From NCBI GenBank assembly GCA_964270895.1, contig OZ185436.1: 64,000 bases of DNA; one strand, given 5' to 3'. This document shows, one piece after another, positions 41,734 to 64,000 of the stretch. Below the pieces are notes generated by a model, which did not search any database, was not told the origin of the DNA, and was given only the letters and a program-made list of their open reading frames with translations. This DNA comes from Podarcis filfolensis. Lineage: Eukaryota. Made by a program: the position numbers and the translations under genes. Within the stretch, counting starts at the first letter, position 1. Each line of letters starts with the position of its first letter.

Positions 41734-42204
41734 AAGCAAACTAGGCAGCAGGGTGCCAAAATAAAAAATATGTAGAAGGAACCAAAGTGCAACAACAGAA
41801 AGAGGGGCGAGTCTATATTTGAGGACGCCATTACAAATGGAAAGCCAGAATAGAAAGAGTTTAATAAAATAAAATGGGTATCTGAAGTACAGCAGCAGAA
41901 TATGCCCACAACAGGGGACTGCATAGGAAGCTCTAGTTACATCCTCCAGCCCCTTCCAAATCAATATGCAAAGTCAATTTTTGATTAAATGTTTACTAGG
42001 AAAACAGACCTCTTTATGTCAAGGCATGCATTCTATTTGTTCTCCATGAAATTTTAACCACACCCATCCCAATAAGTCTAATAAATGAATTTAAATTTAG
42101 CTGGGCCCCCTCCCCACTTAATGTTTTTGAAGCAAAGAGACAATGGAAATCTTGACTATGGAGAAGGGGGGGGGGGTCCAGTAACAATATTTTTTTTAAT
42201 TATC

Positions 42205-42440
42205 CATATGCCAGCGATCTGACTGGGTTGCCTCGGCCACTTTAGGCGGCTTCCAACAAACTATTCAAACACAACAAAAACCCTCAAACATGAAAAACCT
42301 CCCTGGTACAGGGCCACCTTCAGACGCCTTCCAAAATTCAGACAGATGTTTATTTCCTTGATATCTGATGGGAGGGCGTTGCACAGGGCAGGCGCGACGA
42401 CCGGGAATGTGCCAAGCACCACAGGCGCAAGGCAAACTAC
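42205..42440 (-). mobile_element. L2-like LINE 3' end abutting the CpG island
   Basis: Homologous to 38460-38810; ORF-track peptide FPVVAPALCNALPSDIKEIN...RRLKVALY. Confidence 0.7.
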
Positions 42441-43059
42441 ATGCAAAGCAGCAATCGAAACCCTCGTTTATATCCTCCCAACACCCAACCAGAGACGGCC
42501 TGTCCAGAATTCCCTCCTACGCCGCGGAGTTTCTGCCGCGCAGCCACGTGAAGCCAATGTGCCCTCAGCCACAAATCAGTGGGCAGGCGACGTTAAGCCA
42601 CCCTTGGTTTCCCCATCGCAGCTAAGGCACCTATTAGTGGGGAGGAAGAGGAGGAGCAGCTACATCCACAACCGCTTCCAAAGCGCAGGGAGTTCCCGCT
42701 CTCGTTTCCTTTCCCGCCTCCTCCTCCTTATTGGATACTGAAACCGACCACCGCCGCCCGCGCGGCAGAAACCAGCGTCCGTCTCTCTCCATAAGCCCCG
42801 CCCATCAGAGGGAGGGCTGAAGAGCGAGGCCACGCCTCTCCCAGCGTCACGTGGCCCGGAAGGCCGCTCGCCCGGGGTGGAAATCCGCCTGCGTCACGTG
42901 CCGACCGGGTGGGCGTGGCGGGGTTGCCCCGTCCGGAAGCTTTGGCCGCCAACCTTTCTTTACCCGCCGCTGCCGCCGCCGCCGCGCTACTTGTTCTTCT
43001 TCTTCCCTCGCCGTCCGCCACCTTCCTTAGTCTGCTGGCGCCGGAGCGCACCCTTCGCC

Positions 43060-63884
<20,825 letters not shown>

Positions 63885-64000
63885 GTGAGTGATGCAGCTT
63901 TTCGCTTGTAGCTTGACTTGTTGCATGTCTTTAGTCATCTCTTTAAGAGGGACTTGGCATAGCTCTAAGGAAATCGCCCTTTCAGTGCAAACATTTCTGG

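Overview
This window is vertebrate genomic DNA, not microbial. Sauria- and Squam-type SINEs point to a squamate reptile, probably a lacertid lizard (inference). It holds the conserved block EVPL(+) > < CDK3(-) < TEN1(-) <> ACOX1(+). Contents: (1) the 3' 18 exons of envoplakin (874-23329, 1868 aa, 5' exons outside the window); (2) a complete 309-aa CDK3 in 7 coding exons (32457-25455); (3) a complete 127-aa TEN1 in 3 coding exons (40902-36407); (4) a shared CpG-island promoter (about 42.5-43.4 kb); (5) exons 1-9 of peroxisomal acyl-CoA oxidase 1, including both mutually exclusive exon-3 copies (3' end outside the window). I built every exon chain by hand from splice sites, and the phases are consistent. 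Introns carry hAT and Tc1/mariner MITEs, SINEs, L2 and RTE LINE fragments and a probable solo LTR. Nearly all other ORFs in the track are spurious. I found no convincing new gene or multi-gene system. The best leads concern splicing and regulation: a GC donor competing with a duplicated in-frame GT donor in EVPL; a candidate 65-nt poison or alternative-start exon in CDK3; regulatory architecture around the ACOX1 exon-3 switch; inverted MITEs bracketing ACOX1 exons 4-6; and a CTCF motif inside a MITE. Exon numbers and mammalian comparisons come from recalled orthologue structure, not from a search.
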